NCBI RefSeq assembly: GCF_001194135.2
Contig: NC_069001.1
Location: 27,605,726 to 27,641,665, forward strand
Direction: 5' to 3'
DNA: 35,940 nucleotides
Source: Octopus bimaculoides
Taxonomy: Eukaryota
In this document: positions 33,174 through 35,940 of the stretch, piece after piece
How positions within the stretch are numbered: the stretch's first letter is position 1
How the letters are laid out: each line of letters starts with the position of its first letter
The notes under the pieces: generated by a model
The model's database searches: none
Seen by the model: only the letters and a program-made list of their open reading frames with translations
Told to the model about the DNA's origin: nothing
Translations under genes and position numbers: made by a program

Positions 33174-33195
33174 TGTATGTGTGCTTGCGTGTGTT
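32895..33195. repeat. Imperfect inverted repeat: (CA)n/(CGCA)n arm versus (TG)n arm, with non-microsatellite complementary cores
   Basis: CGCACATGCG (32968) pairs with CGCATGTGCG (33124). GAGGCACTAAGG (32986) pairs with CCTTGTGCCTC (33103) with one bulge. Confidence 0.75.
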
Positions 33196-33309
33196 TTGGC
33201 ACAAATATTTGTCCACACAAAAAGACAGAAAATCAGTACTCGATACATGATATCGGAGTCATAGCGAATTTCACGTTTCTGTTATATAAATCATTGATAC
33301 TTCACAAAC

Positions 33310-33439
33310 ACATACATATACACACACATTCACAAACAAACGCGCACACACGCACAAACAAACATACATACACATATATAGATAATTACATACATACACA
33401 CATGTATATATAACAATTTGGAAAGATAAATTCAGATGT

Positions 33440-33501
<62 letters not shown>

Positions 33502-33612
33502 ACATACACACATATGTATACATACATACATATATATGCAGACGCTTATATGTATGTATATATCCATGTATAAATATGTGTACAGTTGATATATATATAT
33601 ATATATATATTT
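33310..33612. repeat. (CA)/(TA)n microsatellite block, including a long (TA)n at about 33441-33499
   Basis: Direct reading. Confidence 0.95.
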
Positions 33613-34040
33613 TAAGTACGTATGTGTATGTAGATCTATAAATCTGTATGTGTTCCTGACCCACCTTAACTTAATTAATTACTAGCTAACATCTATAAAT
33701 TAATTCCGTAACCAGTAAATTTCTACGAACTGACATTAATAGCAAATTAAAACCCTGATCGCAATCCTATTAGATATATAGCACTTATATTCCTTTAAAC
33801 ATTAAATTAATCAAAATACAACACAAACAATTAAAACTTCAGCTACCAGACAATCGAAGCACGCTAGAAATAGAATTACAATGTGATATAACAACGAAGC
33901 TCGGAACAATTCAAATCTACAGGAAACCGAGAAAAACTATGTGGACGTAAACATTACGATAGAAGCAGAATATTATCTAAAGACGACATCACCTCATCTG
34001 CCAGTTTATTTGGGATCATACTTGCGTGTAGTATACCACG

Positions 34041-34042
<2 letters not shown>

Positions 34043-34108
<66 letters not shown>
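34043..34108. repeat. (CA)n microsatellite
   Basis: Direct reading. Confidence 0.97.
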
Positions 34109-34131
<23 letters not shown>

Positions 34132-34247
34132 GTATATAGTTTTACTGATATTATTGTTGGTGTTGCTCACATTGCCATACAGTGTAGTGTACGACGCAGC
34201 CGAGCATTTAGTCATTTATCAGTTTATATCATTGTTTATTATTATTG

Positions 34248-34699
34248 AGTGAGAGAGGAGCGCATGCCATCAAAGTGACACTGGGATAAAATATATGAAG
34301 CCCATTATACCCATCATGACTTCCCGGCTGATAAGGGTACACCAGGCACATGCATCACAACCATATGTGCGTGACATGGTGATTTCATATCAAGATAAAC
34401 AGCGCATGGCCTCGCAGGTGGGGGCCTAGTTAGAATTTGTTTCGGGTCGAGTAGCCCATTCTGCTCAAAAGGTCTCTGAATAAGGTTTTGTTTAAGGACG
34501 TTGAGCANNNNNNNNNNAGAATTTGTTTCGGGTCGAGTAGCCCATTCTGCTCAAAAGGTCTCTGAATAAGGTTTTGTTTAAGGACGTTGAGCAAAACACC
34601 CATGTTTCCAAAGGTGAATTATTCAAACCCAAAGAATTCCTCTCCACACATGGCTATGATGCTCCCCCACCACTTCTGCTCATGATGAGAGATGCACAT
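34248..34699. mobile_element. Unclassified interspersed repeat, interrupted by a 10-N gap (34508-34517) with an exact 76-bp overlap
   Basis: Higher-GC block resembling an abundant octopus repeat I recall (unverified). 34432-34507 is identical to 34518-34593. Confidence 0.55.
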
Positions 34700-35352
34700 T
34701 AAAACTCACAGCTTATTTTGCTGGGTATCATGCAAAGTGCCAACTGTCTACAGCCGGCAGACTAAGGTGACACTTGTTTGCTGGTCATACTTGAAGAACC
34801 CTGCGAAGAATTCTTGTAGTTTCAAGCAATGTTGATTTTTGTAGGTGTTCCACCTTCACACTTCTATCAATGTTTTTGATCAATGTTGTTAGTTGAGTGC
34901 TGATACTGCCAAGTGCGCCAATTACTATTGGTATTACATCTAATGTCCTCATTGACCACAACCTTCGTGTTTCTCACTTCAAATCGTCATAATTGTTTAT
35001 TTTTTCCTTCTTCCTTCGCATTGTCATCGCGATATGCCATGTCCGGTTTCCGATGTCTGGTCAGCTGATCGCACTGAGATTTTGCAATTCTCATTCTTGG
35101 GAAATCCTTCTGAGGTTTGCTCATACCATGTCTTCACTCTTTGTGGCCAGTGATTTCCACTGAACTCGAAATGCATCATTCTTACCACATTGTCATATCG
35201 TCTATTGTATTCACATTGTGCCAATTTCTGGTATTCCCTAACGATGTGTCGTTTCGCCTCTTTCATCACACATTCTGTGTTTGTCATTGTCGCTAGTGTT
35301 GTCCATTCTGCATTTTACACTGTTGGACCTTAACGTTTGTCCTTGAGCATAG
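34700..35352 (-). mobile_element. R4/Dong-clade fragment F5 (zinc knuckle, partly deleted RLE, 3' UTR)
   Basis: AQGQTLRSNSVKCRMDN...HIVREYQKLAQCEYNRRYDNVVRMMH...TWYEQT..., then KEEGKINNYDDLK*ETRRLWSMRTLDVIPIVIGALGSIST...RILRRVLQV*. Confidence 0.9.
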
Positions 35353-35365
35353 TTGGTCCTTAATG

Positions 35366-35374
35366 CTTCTTCTT

Positions 35375-35404
<30 letters not shown>
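35366..35404. repeat. (CTT)13 microsatellite
   Basis: Direct reading. It lies between F5 and F6. Confidence 0.97.
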
Positions 35405-35405
<1 letters not shown>

Positions 35406-35940
35406 TTTTTTTATGTTTGACTTTTGTTTTGCATTTGTACAAGTTGGATCCAAGTCTCACCCAGAGACCTCAAGAGACAACAAGTTAGAAGTTCCTGTAG
35501 GTGTTATGCCTAGGGTACCATATATTTGGATTTGTACAGTTTTGTTCTAGTGAATGTTTAAGAAACCATAAGAAAATTATGTTTGTTATAAATTTGAGAT
35601 CACATAGACAGTATTTTACGTAGGATATGGGCAGTTCACATGAGCACTATCTTTTGAACTTCAGCCATTTTGGGGTTTCCTGGTATCTGAGCTAGGTAGT
35701 AATCAGCCCGTTTCGCTGTCATTCCCAGGGCACCTATGACAATAGGTATTGTTTTCGTCTTCAGGTTCCACATTTTGCTAATTTCTATTTCAAGATCTTT
35801 ATATTTGCTCAGTTTTTGGTAGGTCTCGACAGATACATTTATATCGATTGGGACAGTAATATCAATGAGGAGGCATGATTTTTGTCTGAAGTCTTTCAGT
35901 ATGATGTCTGGCCTATTTGCGTCTATTTTTCTGTCAGTTT
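35405..35940 (-). mobile_element. R4/Dong-clade fragment F6 (RLE domain plus 3' UTR), cut by the window edge, one premature stop
   Basis: TDRKIDANRPDIILKDFRQKSCLLIDITVPIDINVSVETYQKLSKYKDLEIEISKMWNLKTKTIPIVIGALGM...IVLM*TAHILRKILSM*. Terminal stop at 35600-35602, internal TGA at 35636-35638. Confidence 0.93.

Noticed and set aside
13-34252. Dozens of ORF-track entries rich in YI, CV, HT, LS, poly-L or poly-Y
   Set aside because: They are translations of (TA)n, (TG)n, (TCTA)n, (CTA)n and (AAT)n tracts, which lack stop codons in some frames. They are not evidence of genes.
34432-34593. Exact 76-bp direct repeat as a real tandem duplication
   Set aside because: The identical copies sit directly on either side of a 10-N gap, the typical signature of an unmerged contig overlap.

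Overview
This is eukaryotic, strongly AT-rich, repeat-dense genomic DNA, not a prokaryotic locus: I see no operons, CRISPR arrays, rRNA or true tRNA genes. The SINE sequences match repeats I recall from octopus genomes, so the source is probably a coleoid cephalopod (inference, not a database result). It is a draft assembly with four N-gaps, one of them flanked by an exact unmerged overlap. Most ORF-track entries are translations of microsatellites. What can be supported: (1) about 18 copies of one tRNA-derived SINE family plus copies of two or three others; (2) six fragments of R4/Dong-clade RLE-type non-LTR retrotransposons, recognised by RT, zinc-knuckle and PD-(D/E)xK motifs, several abutting (TATG)n or (CTT)n tracts, and one that has lost its whole RT region; (3) a decayed Gypsy-type LTR element (probable LTR, tRNA-Ser PBS, gag remnant); (4) a 311-bp MITE with perfect 38-bp TIRs and an ATTT target-site duplication; (5) many microsatellites; (6) a few candidate exons with good splice signals but no protein I can name. 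I found no convincing new biological system. The best leads are microsatellite targeting and an RT-less derivative among the R4/Dong elements, the Sola1-like MITE, local inversions of TE fragments, and an unidentified minus-strand spliced gene. Boundaries of degenerate repeats are approximate.
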